Origin: Acidimicrobiales bacterium
GTDB lineage: Bacteria; Actinomycetota; Acidimicrobiia; Acidimicrobiales; DATDAH01
Reading direction: 5' to 3'
Length of the DNA stretch: 64,000 nucleotides
Assembly: GCA_016794585.1 (NCBI GenBank)
Contig: JAEUJM010000043.1
Coordinates: 182,847-246,846, forward strand
The notes beneath the pieces are model-generated. The model was given only the letters and a program-made list of their open reading frames with translations, ran no database searches and had not been told where the DNA came from. Both the position numbers and the translations under genes were made by a program. Positions 28,554 to 36,593 of this stretch are shown in pieces. The stretch's first letter is position 1, and every line of letters starts with the position of its first letter.

Positions 28554-29687
28554 GTGGAGCCCGTCACCACCTCCGAACGCAACGAGCGTTGGGCGTCGAC
28601 CATGCACGGCCACCGTGCAGGCGGCGCCGTCCGCCTGGCCCATCCCGACGACGTCGGCCTCGGCGAGGTGGTGCTTTTCGACCGCGAAGCCCGGGAGGAG
28701 GCGGAGGACGTTGCGCTCTCGCCGAGCGCCACCCGGGCACAGGGCGCCGGCACCCGGGCCGTGGAGGAAGCGCCCGACCCGCTGCGCACGTGCTTCGAGC
28801 GCGACCGCGACCGGATCCTTCACTCGGCCTCGTTCCGCCGGTTGGCGGGGAAGACCCAGGTCTTCGTCTTCCCCGACGACCATCAGCGCACACGCCTCAC
28901 CCACGCCCTCGAGGTCGCACAGGTGGCGACCGCGGTGGCCACCGCCTGTGGGCTGAACGCCACCCTCACCGAGGCCATCGCCCTCGGCCACGACTGCGGC
29001 CACGGCCCCGGTGGGCACGCCAGCGAGGACGCGCTCAGCCCCTACGTGCCCGGCGGCTTCGACCACGCCGTGTGGGGCGCTGACGTCGTGGTGGCACCCC
29101 TCAACCTGTGCGCCGAGACCCTCGACGGCATCCGCAACCACTCGTGGTCGCGGCCAGCCCCCCTCACCCCCGAGGGGGCCGTGGTGAGCTGGGCCGACCG
29201 CATCGCCTACTCCTGCCACGATCTCGAGGACGCCGTGCAGGCGGGCATCGTCACCTACGACCTGCTGCCCCCGCTCGTGCGCGAACGCGTCGGCACCTCG
29301 CGCAGCAGCCAGCTCCGGGCCTTCATCCGCGGCATGGTCGACGCCGCCGTGACCACCGGGCAGGTCGGCATGACCGACGAGCTCGCCACCGCCCTGGCCG
29401 AGCTGCGCTCCTTCAACTACGAGCGGGTCTACCTGCGGCCGGCGTCGGTGCGCCAGAGCGAGGCGGTGGTCCGTGTCCTGCGGGCCCTGGTCGAGCACTT
29501 CGCCGACCGACCCAACCTGCTCCCCGGGGAGCACGCGGAAGGCATTCCCGGTGGCAGCGAGGAGGCACTCGAAGCGGCGGTGGGCTACGTCGCGGGCATG
29601 ACCGACCGCTACGCCTGCCAACAGGCGATCGCCCACCTGGGCTGGGCCCGCGAGGACCTGCCCGAGGGCATCGACGTCCTGCGCTGA
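28554..29687 (+). CDS. dgt: dGTP triphosphohydrolase-like HD-domain phosphohydrolase (Dgt family)
   Basis: HD motif RLTHALEVAQV...LGHDCGHGPGGHASE and the C-terminal dGTPase-like region. It is divergent from the tad genes. Confidence 0.8.
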   Translation: MEPVTTSERNERWASTMHGHRAGGAVRLAHPDDVGLGEVVLFDREAREEAEDVALSPSATRAQGAGTRAVEEAPDPLRTCFERDRDRILHSASFRRLAGKTQVFVFPDDHQRTRLTHALEVAQVATAVATACGLNATLTEAIALGHDCGHGPGGHASEDALSPYVPGGFDHAVWGADVVVAPLNLCAETLDGIRNHSWSRPAPLTPEGAVVSWADRIAYSCHDLEDAVQAGIVTYDLLPPLVRERVGTSRSSQLRAFIRGMVDAAVTTGQVGMTDELATALAELRSFNYERVYLRPASVRQSEAVVRVLRALVEHFADRPNLLPGEHAEGIPGGSEEALEAAVGYVAGMTDRYACQQAIAHLGWAREDLPEGIDVLR

Positions 29688-29835
29688 GCCCGCTACCGGC
29701 GCTGCGGCGCCTGTGCGCCCGGGGCTCACGCTCACCGACTGGTCCTTTCGGCCTAGGGATGGGTTCGCCCCTAGTCCTTTCGGCCCACCCGACCCCCCAC
29801 CTTGAGGTGGTCGTGGGACGACCCAGCCCAAAACG

Positions 29836-29868
29836 ACCTCCGCCCCCGGCGAGGCCGGGGGCGGAGGC
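29836..29868 (-). terminator. Intrinsic terminator hairpin downstream of rpmA (perfect 13-bp stem CCTCCGCCCCCGG/CCGGGGGCGGAGG, 4-nt loop)
   Basis: A perfect inverted repeat starts 28 nt after the rpmA stop on the minus strand. On that strand it is followed by UCGUUUUG. Confidence 0.5.
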
Positions 29869-29896
29869 GGTCAGAACAGGTTGCTGCGGATGGTGC

Positions 29897-30151
29897 TCAG
29901 TCGGCCGGGAGCACGTCCACGAGCTTGCGGCCCTTGCGGCGGCCGAACTTCACGGTGCCGGAGGCCAGGGCGAAGAGGGTGTCGTCCTTGCCCTTGCCGA
30001 CGTTCTCGCCGGGGTGGATGCGGGTGCCCCGCTGGCGCACGATGATGCCGCCGGGGTTCACCACCTGGCCGTCGAAGAGCTTGACGCCGAGGCGCTGTGC
30101 TTGGGAGTCGCGGCCGTTCCGAGTGGAACCGCCGCCCTTGGTCTTCGACAT
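29897..30151 (-). CDS. rpmA: 50S ribosomal protein L27
   Basis: [48 protein letters not shown] is the canonical L27 sequence. Confidence 0.95.
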   Translation of the reverse strand: MSKTKGGGSTRNGRDSQAQRLGVKLFDGQVVNPGGIIVRQRGTRIHPGENVGKGKDDTLFALASGTVKFGRRKGRKLVDVLPAD

Positions 30152-30153
30152 GG

Positions 30154-30462
30154 CTAGCCCTTCTTGATCCCGGTGATCTCGATGTTGCTGTAGTGCTGGC
30201 GGTGCCCCCAGCGCTTGCGCTGGTTCGACTTGTTCTTGTAGGTGAAGCCGGTGATCTTGGGCCCGCGGCCGGCGCCCAGCACCTTGGCCGAGACGGTCGC
30301 CTTGGCCAGCGCGTCCGGCGACGACACGATGGTCTCGCCGTCCACGAGCAGCACCGGGGTCAGCTCGACGTCGCCGTCGTCCTGCCCCAGCTTCTCCACG
30401 AGAAGGGTGTCCCCCTCCTCGACCTTGTACTGCTTGCCACCGGTCTTGATCACCGCATACAT
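30154..30462 (-). CDS. rplU: 50S ribosomal protein L21
   Basis: The internal ATG gives [25 protein letters not shown]..., the canonical L21 N-terminus. The longer upstream ORF reading is an artefact. Its stop lies 2 nt before the rpmA start. Confidence 0.95.
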   Translation of the reverse strand: MYAVIKTGGKQYKVEEGDTLLVEKLGQDDGDVELTPVLLVDGETIVSSPDALAKATVSAKVLGAGRGPKITGFTYKNKSNQRKRWGHRQHYSNIEITGIKKG

Positions 30463-30719
30463 AAGACCGACGATCCTACCCGCCAAACGCCCGAATCGAC
30501 CAACTGACGTGAACGCACAGGCTCCGAAGGAGCCTTGGGGCCGCAGGCCCCACCAGCCCCCACCACCAACGATGCGGACCGGGACGCCCAGCCGCACCCC
30601 GGAGGCGTTGGCGGGTGGCGCCGATCCGGAGGGTCCGAAAGATCGGCCCATGCCTTTCCGGGCCGATTTTCGGATACCGGATCGGTGACAGGACCCGCCA
30701 GCGCCGGTCAGTGAAGGAA

Positions 30720-30815
30720 CCGACCGACCGACCGACCGACCGACCGACCGACCGACCGACCGACCGACCGACCGACCGACCGACCGACCGACCGACCGAC
30801 CGACCGACCGACCGA
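30720..30815. repeat. Perfect tetranucleotide microsatellite (CCGA)24
   Basis: 96 nt of uninterrupted ccga units, read directly from the sequence. It starts 2 nt after the rne stop codon (30817) and lies inside the 354-nt rne-rplU intergenic/leader region. Confidence 0.95.
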
Positions 30816-30816
30816 C

Positions 30817-32691
30817 TCAGATGTCCAAGAGCTCCGGATCGAACTGCAACCCCCGCCCTTCACACTCAGGACAAAGAGAAGAGAACGACTCGATCAAACC
30901 TTCCCCGATCCGCTTCCGCGTCATCTCGACCAGCCCCAGCTCCGAGATGTCGAAGACCTGCGTCCGCGTCTTGTCCAACGCCAGAGCCTCGCGGAACTCG
31001 CGGATCACGTCCTCGCGGTTCTTGCGGATCTCCATGTCGATGAAGTCGATGACCACGATGCCGCCGATGTCGCGGAGGCGCAGTTGGCGGGCGACCTCGA
31101 CGGCGGCCTCGAGGTTGTTGCGGTAGACGGTCTCCTCGAGGTTCGACGTGCCGACGTTCTTGCCGGTGTTGACGTCGATGACGGTGAGGGCCTCGGTGTG
31201 CTCGATGATGAGCGAGCCGCCGGACGGCAGCCAGACCTTGCGGTCGAGGGCCTTGTGGATCTGCTCGTGGACGTGCTGGCGCTCGAACAGCGAGAGCTCG
31301 CTGGTCTCCCGGTCGTAGTACTCGACCCGGTCGGCCAGCGCCGGCGAGATGCTGGCGACGTAGTCGCGGACGTCCTCGTAGAGCGCCTTGTCGTCGATGA
31401 CGATGCCCCGGTAGTCCTTGTTGAACTCCTCGCGGATGACCCGGAGGGCCATGTCCGGCTCGCGGTAGAGCAGGGCCGGCGCCTGGGACTTCTTGGCGAG
31501 GGCCTCGATGCGGGTCCACTGGTCGCCGAGGCGGGCGACGTCGCGCTCGATCTCCTCGGCGCTGACGCCCTCCGCCGCGGTCCGCACGATGATGCCGTGG
31601 CCGGCGGGGCGGACCCGGTCGAGGATGGACCGGAGGCGCTTGCGCTCGTTGTCGGCGAGGCGCTTGGAGATGCCGTAGGTGGTGCTGTTGGGGATCAGGA
31701 CCACGAAGCGACCGGGCAGCGAGACCTCTTGGGTGAGGCGGGCGCCCTTGGCCCCGATGGGGTTCTTGGTGACCTGGCAGATGATGCTCTGCTTGGGCTT
31801 GAGGATCTGCTCGATCCGGGCCTGGCCCTTCTCCTCGATGTCCTCGGCGTCGTACTGCACGTCGCCCCGGTAGAGCACGGCGTTCTTCGGGGTGCCGATG
31901 TCGATGAAGGCGGCTTCCATGCCGGGCAGGACGTTCTGCACCTTGCCGAGGTAGATGTTGCCGTGGATCTGGGTGGTGTCGTCGGAGGGCCGCGAGACGT
32001 AGTGCTCGATGAGGGCCCGGCCCTCCTGCACCGCGATCTGGGTGGCCGAGGGGCGCACGGACACGCTCATGAGGTACCGGCCGACGGGCCGGCCCTTGCG
32101 CTCGCGCCCTCGTCGCTTCTTCATCGTCTCGTCGTCGAGCTCGAGGGGCGCGTCGGAGGTGATGGCGTCGACGGGCTCGCCGCCGCGGCCTCGGCCGCCG
32201 CCCTTGGCGGTGCTGCCCTGGGCCCGTGCGCGTCCTGCCGTGCCGGGCGCGGGCGCGCTCTGCCCGCGGTTGCCGCCGCCTCGGCCGTTGCCGCCGCCGG
32301 AGCCGGTCTGGCCCGAGGTGTTGCGACCGCCGGACTGACCGCCGGAGCCTTGGCCGCCTTGACCACCGCCGCCGCCACGGCCACGGCCGCCGCGCCGACG
32401 GCGCTTGCGGGGGGCACCGTCTCCCCCGCCGTCACCCCCACCGCCGTTGCCGGCAGGCGCCGACCCGGTGCTGGGCGGGCCAGGGGGCGCGGGCATGCTG
32501 TCGCCGATCTGGGGCTTGCGGGGCACGAGCGCCTTCTCCGCCGCCTCGGCCGACTTGGGTCGGCCTTCGATCATGCGCTCGGGCAGCTCGTCGGGGTTCT
32601 TGGGATCTGGGGTCGGGGTGGCGGTGCGGCGGGGCGCCGGCGACGTGGTCGCGTCAGCGCCCGGGCGGTCGCCCGGGGTGGGTTCGGACAT
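30817..32691 (-). CDS. rne: Ribonuclease E/G family endoribonuclease (actinobacterial RNase E with Arg/Gly-rich N-terminal region)
   Basis: S1 and RNase E catalytic-core motifs are present (GNIYLGKVQNVLPGMEAAFIDIG, DSG-type DNase I-like region, Zn-link CPxCxGxG near the C-terminus). The N-terminal ~200 aa are R/G-rich and disordered. The gene is adjacent to rplU-rpmA, as in actinobacteria. Confidence 0.85.
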   Translation of the reverse strand: MSEPTPGDRPGADATTSPAPRRTATPTPDPKNPDELPERMIEGRPKSAEAAEKALVPRKPQIGDSMPAPPGPPSTGSAPAGNGGGGDGGGDGAPRKRRRRGGRGRGGGGGQGGQGSGGQSGGRNTSGQTGSGGGNGRGGGNRGQSAPAPGTAGRARAQGSTAKGGGRGRGGEPVDAITSDAPLELDDETMKKRRGRERKGRPVGRYLMSVSVRPSATQIAVQEGRALIEHYVSRPSDDTTQIHGNIYLGKVQNVLPGMEAAFIDIGTPKNAVLYRGDVQYDAEDIEEKGQARIEQILKPKQSIICQVTKNPIGAKGARLTQEVSLPGRFVVLIPNSTTYGISKRLADNERKRLRSILDRVRPAGHGIIVRTAAEGVSAEEIERDVARLGDQWTRIEALAKKSQAPALLYREPDMALRVIREEFNKDYRGIVIDDKALYEDVRDYVASISPALADRVEYYDRETSELSLFERQHVHEQIHKALDRKVWLPSGGSLIIEHTEALTVIDVNTGKNVGTSNLEETVYRNNLEAAVEVARQLRLRDIGGIVVIDFIDMEIRKNREDVIREFREALALDKTRTQVFDISELGLVEMTRKRIGEGLIESFSSLCPECEGRGLQFDPELLDI

Positions 32692-32706
32692 GGAGAGGTT
32701 CCCTTC

Positions 32707-33441
32707 TCATGACGCACGCGCCTCGGCGTGCGCGGGGGGTGCCGCGACAGGCGTGCCGAGCGAGAGCGGCTCGCTGCGGACGCCGTCGAGCGTCACCCAC
32801 TGGTGAATTCGACAGACCCGGCGCTCGGTGAGCGTCGGGTCGACTACAGCCAGCAGCTCGGACGGCCGCAGGCTTCGGGGCTGGGTGCCCAGCTCGGTCT
32901 CGAGGGTGACCTCGTCAGGGGTCTCCCCGGTGACCGCGAGGGCGAGGATGTAGGGCCGGAGATCGTCGGTGACGGCCTTGCCCTTCCGTTCTCTGGTGAC
33001 GATGAGCTCGTCGGCGGCGAGGGCGCGGGCCACGACGGCCGCGGCCTGTGGTGCGGTGGTGCCCCCGACGTCGAGCCGCCAGGTGCAGCTCGTGACCGCC
33101 TGTTGCAGGGACATCACCCCAGTGTCGACGATCACGGCGGCGTCGACGGTGATCCCCACCGGCAGGCAGGGGGTGAGCCGGTCGGGCAGGGTGGCGACGT
33201 CGAGGTCGTCGGGGCCGCCCTCGGCGGGCTCGGCGATGTCGAAGTCGAGGTACTCGGCCTCGGATTCGGCACCGGTGGGCAGGGCCAGGCCGAAGTGCAT
33301 CTTGGGACGCGGCGAGAAGCCCTGGGTGTAGGCCATGGGCAGCTCGGCCCGTCGCAGGGCGCGCTCCCACATGCGGGCCAGATCGCGGTGGCTGGTGAAG
33401 CGGACCTTGCCGCGCTTCGTGAAGCGGGCGCGAACCCTCAT
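32707..33441 (-). CDS. TIGR03936-family (DUF2344) protein associated with the rne-linked radical SAM enzyme
   Basis: MRVRARFTKRGKVRFTSHRDLARMWERALRRAELPMAYTQGFSPRPKMHFGLALPTG matches the DUF2344 family. The ATG overlaps the stop of the upstream radical SAM gene (ATGA). Confidence 0.75.
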   Translation of the reverse strand: MRVRARFTKRGKVRFTSHRDLARMWERALRRAELPMAYTQGFSPRPKMHFGLALPTGAESEAEYLDFDIAEPAEGGPDDLDVATLPDRLTPCLPVGITVDAAVIVDTGVMSLQQAVTSCTWRLDVGGTTAPQAAAVVARALAADELIVTRERKGKAVTDDLRPYILALAVTGETPDEVTLETELGTQPRSLRPSELLAVVDPTLTERRVCRIHQWVTLDGVRSEPLSLGTPVAAPPAHAEARAS

Positions 33442-35387
33442 CCCGCCCTCACGGGGTCGCGGGCCAACAGCACCACGGGTACCTCGTGGCCGGTGGCGAG
33501 GTCCTGGCCCGTGCCCTGGCTGCCACCTGCGGGCGGCGTGGCCGAGGCGACGATGTGCTCGATGCCGTAGCCGGTGCAGGCGCCGCAGTCGTAGCAGGGG
33601 GTCCACCGGCAGTCCTCGAGGCCGACCTCGTCGAGCGCGTCGCGCCAGTCCTGCCAGAGGAAGTCCTTGTGGAGCCCGGCGGAGAGGTGGTCCCAGGGCA
33701 GGGTCTCTCCCTCGGTGCGGTGGCGGTGGACGAAGTCGTCCACCGCGAGGCCGTGCTCGTCCATGGCGTCGAGCCAGCGCTGGTGGTCGAAGTGCTCGGA
33801 CCACTCCTGGAAGGTCCCGCCGGCCCGCCAGACGGACTCGATGACCGGGCCGAGGCGGCGGTCGCCCCGGCTCATGACGCCTTCGATGAGCGTGGCGCGG
33901 GGGTCGTGCCACTTCAGCTGGACGCCCCGCTCGTGGCGGACGGCGTCTCGCAGGAGGTTGACCTTGCGGGTGAGCTCGTCGACCGTGTTCTGGCCGAACC
34001 ACTGGAAGGGCGTGAAGGCCTTGGGCACGAAGCCGCCGACGGACACCGTGACCGACGGGCCCTTGTGGTACTTGCGGCCGATCTCGACGCAGCGCTTGGC
34101 CAGCTCGGCGATGCCCAGGGTGTCCTCGTCGGTCTCGGACGGCAGGCCGATCAGGAAGTAGAGCTTCATGCGCCGCCAGCCCTGCGAGTAGGCCGACTCG
34201 ACCGCCGAGTAGAGGTCCTCCTCGCGGATGAGCTTGTTGATGATCTGGCGCATGCGCCACGTGCCGGCCTCGGGGGCGAAGGTGAGGCCGGTGCGGCGGG
34301 CCTTCTGCACCTCGGCGGCGATGCCGACGGTGAAGGCGTCCACCCGCAGGCTCGGCAACGAGACCGACACCTGCCCGCAGTTCATCGGGTCGTTCACGGT
34401 GTCGGCCACCACACCCTCGATGCCGCTGAAGTCGGCGGTCGAGAGCGAGGTGAGGGCGACTTCGTCGTAGCCGGTGCGGCGCAGGCCGTCCTGGATCATG
34501 GTGCGCACCTGGTCGGCCGGGCGCTCTCGCACCGGCCGGGTGATCATCCCGGCCTGGCAGAACCGACACCCGCGGGTGCAGCCGCGGAAGACCTCGACGT
34601 TCAGGCGGTCGTGGACGACCTCGGTGAGGGGGACGAGCTGGGTCGACGGATAGGGCCACTCGGCCAGGTCGGCGACCGTGCGCTTCTCGACGCGCTCGGG
34701 GACGTCGGCGTGCACGGGGGTGGTGGCCAGCAACCGGCCGTGGTCGTCGTAGGTGGACTCGTAGAGCGAGGGGACGTAGACGCCGCTCACCACCGCGAGG
34801 CGCCGCAGGATGTCCGCCCGGGAGCTCCCGTCGGCGCGACCCTCGGCCAGCACCTCGTTGATCTCCCCGACGACCTCTTCGCCGTCGCCGAGGACGACGA
34901 AGTCGAGGAAATCCGCGAGGGGCTCGGGGTTGTAGGTGCAGTGGCCGCCGGCGGCGACGAAGGGGTGCTCGTCTCCGCGGTCGGCGCTGCGCACCGGCAC
35001 GCCGGCGAGGTCCACGCAATTCAGGAGGTTGGTATAGACGAGCTCGGCCGAGAGGTTGAAGGCGATGACGTCGAACTCGCCGGCCGGGCGGTGGGTCTCG
35101 AGGGAGAACAGGGGCACGTCGTGCGCGCGCAACTCGGCCTCGAGGTCGGTCCAGGGCGCGTACGAACGCTCGGCGGCCGCGTCGGGGCGCTCGTTCAGGA
35201 TCTCGTAGAGGATCTGGAGGCCCTGGTTGGGCAGACCGATCTCGTAGGTGTCCGGGTAGACCAGAAGCCACGCCACACGCCCGGGGCCGTGCTGCGGCAC
35301 GCGGGCGCCGTCTTCACAACCGATGTAGCGGGCCGGCTTCTGCACCCGGCCCAGGAGCGGTTCGAGCTCGGGCCAGACAGTTGACAT
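33438..35387 (-). CDS. B12-binding-domain radical SAM protein, TIGR03960 family (rne-associated)
   Basis: MSTVWPELEPLLGRVQKPARYIGCE... begins the protein. The radical SAM motif is CTRGCRFCQAG. Start coordinate was derived by frame arithmetic from the ORF track (both ends agree) and is accurate to about 1 nt. Confidence 0.8.
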   Translation of the reverse strand: MSTVWPELEPLLGRVQKPARYIGCEDGARVPQHGPGRVAWLLVYPDTYEIGLPNQGLQILYEILNERPDAAAERSYAPWTDLEAELRAHDVPLFSLETHRPAGEFDVIAFNLSAELVYTNLLNCVDLAGVPVRSADRGDEHPFVAAGGHCTYNPEPLADFLDFVVLGDGEEVVGEINEVLAEGRADGSSRADILRRLAVVSGVYVPSLYESTYDDHGRLLATTPVHADVPERVEKRTVADLAEWPYPSTQLVPLTEVVHDRLNVEVFRGCTRGCRFCQAGMITRPVRERPADQVRTMIQDGLRRTGYDEVALTSLSTADFSGIEGVVADTVNDPMNCGQVSVSLPSLRVDAFTVGIAAEVQKARRTGLTFAPEAGTWRMRQIINKLIREEDLYSAVESAYSQGWRRMKLYFLIGLPSETDEDTLGIAELAKRCVEIGRKYHKGPSVTVSVGGFVPKAFTPFQWFGQNTVDELTRKVNLLRDAVRHERGVQLKWHDPRATLIEGVMSRGDRRLGPVIESVWRAGGTFQEWSEHFDHQRWLDAMDEHGLAVDDFVHRHRTEGETLPWDHLSAGLHKDFLWQDWRDALDEVGLEDCRWTPCYDCGACTGYGIEHIVASATPPAGGSQGTGQDLATGHEVPVVLLARDPVRAG

Positions 35388-35428
35388 CGTGCGTCGAATC
35401 GTACCCCGAACGCCCCCGAACACCCTGA

Positions 35429-36586
35429 TCAGACGAACCGGCGCATGTGAACCGAGAGGACCAGGCCCAGGGCGGCGCTCTGGGTCAGGATGGCCGAACC
35501 GCCGTAGGACACGAACGGCAGGGGGATGCCGGTGACCGGCATGATGCCCATGGTCATGCCCACGTTCTCGAAGACCTGGAACACCACCATCGAGAGCACG
35601 CCGACGCAGACCAGCATCCCGTACTCGTCCCGCGACAGCTGCGCGGTCCGCCAGATGCGCCAGACGATCACCCCGAGGAGCCCGAGCACGAGCGCCCCGC
35701 CGGCGAAGCCGAGCTCCTCCCCCACCACCGTGAAGATGAAGTCGGTGTGCTGCTCGGGCACGTAGTTGAGGCGGGTCTGCTGGCCGTTGAACAGCCCCTG
35801 GCCGGTCAGGCCGCCACCGGAGATTGCGACCACCGCCTGCTTGGTGTTGTAGGCGGCGCCCTGCGTGTCGCTGTCCGGGCTGACGAAGGACGTGAGGCGG
35901 TCCACCTGGTACGCCTTGAGGATCGGTGAGTTCAAGATGAGCACCGTCCCCACGATGGCCACCAGGGCCACCATGGCGAGGTGCCGGGGGCGGACGCCGG
36001 CCACGGTGATCATGCCGAGGGCGGCGAACACGAACACCAGCACCGTGCCGAGGTCGGGCTGCAACATGATCAGGCCCATGGGGACGGCCGCGATGCCGAA
36101 GGCGATGAGGAGCCGACGCCCGTCGAGCCCACCGGCCCGGTCGTAGGTGAGGAAGGCGGCCATGCCCAGGATGAAGACGATCTTGGCGAACTCGGAGGGC
36201 TGGAGCTGGAAGCCGGCCAGCTCGAACCAGGCCTGGGCGCCGTTCGACTCGGAGCCGAGCGGGGAGATCACGAGCACGAGCAGGGTGAGAGCCGCGATGG
36301 CCATGGGAATGGCCCAGTCCCGGTAGTGGCGGTAGTCGACGCACGCCACCGCCGCCATCACCCCCCAGCCGAGCACGGCGAACATCAGTTGGCGTTGGAG
36401 GAAGAACGTCGTGGTGGGCGTCTCGCCCCCCGGGCCCTTGGTGGCGCTGAACACCATCAGCACCCCGACCAGGGACAGCGCGACCACCGCGGCGACGAGG
36501 ATCCAGTCGACGTGGCGGGCCGGGGTCGGCACCGTCGAGCGGGTCGGGCCGAGCGACCGGCGGGCGAGCGACGCGGGGGCGGTCAT
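35429..36586 (-). CDS. rodA: Rod shape-determining protein RodA (SEDS family peptidoglycan glycosyltransferase)
   Basis: Ten TM helices and FtsW/RodA motifs (GGSAILTQSAALGLVLSV, QPSEFAKI). Start is chosen at ATG 36586, which has an AGGA ribosome-binding site and lies 7 nt after the PBP2 stop. The upstream ATG 36646 is an alternative. Confidence 0.85.
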   Translation of the reverse strand: MTAPASLARRSLGPTRSTVPTPARHVDWILVAAVVALSLVGVLMVFSATKGPGGETPTTTFFLQRQLMFAVLGWGVMAAVACVDYRHYRDWAIPMAIAALTLLVLVISPLGSESNGAQAWFELAGFQLQPSEFAKIVFILGMAAFLTYDRAGGLDGRRLLIAFGIAAVPMGLIMLQPDLGTVLVFVFAALGMITVAGVRPRHLAMVALVAIVGTVLILNSPILKAYQVDRLTSFVSPDSDTQGAAYNTKQAVVAISGGGLTGQGLFNGQQTRLNYVPEQHTDFIFTVVGEELGFAGGALVLGLLGVIVWRIWRTAQLSRDEYGMLVCVGVLSMVVFQVFENVGMTMGIMPVTGIPLPFVSYGGSAILTQSAALGLVLSVHMRRFV

Positions 36587-36593
36587 CAGATCG

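Noticed and set aside
30463-30651. 63-aa N-terminal extension of L21 in the ORF track
   Set aside because: Ribosomal protein L21 universally begins MYAVI...; the extension lies in the rne-rplU leader.
30615-31043. ORF reading through the CCGA repeat as (PTDR)n
   Set aside because: It is a translation artefact of the microsatellite, in a frame overlapping the 3' end of rne on the opposite strand. There is no start context or ribosome-binding site. The repeat is annotated as a non-coding simple-sequence repeat instead.
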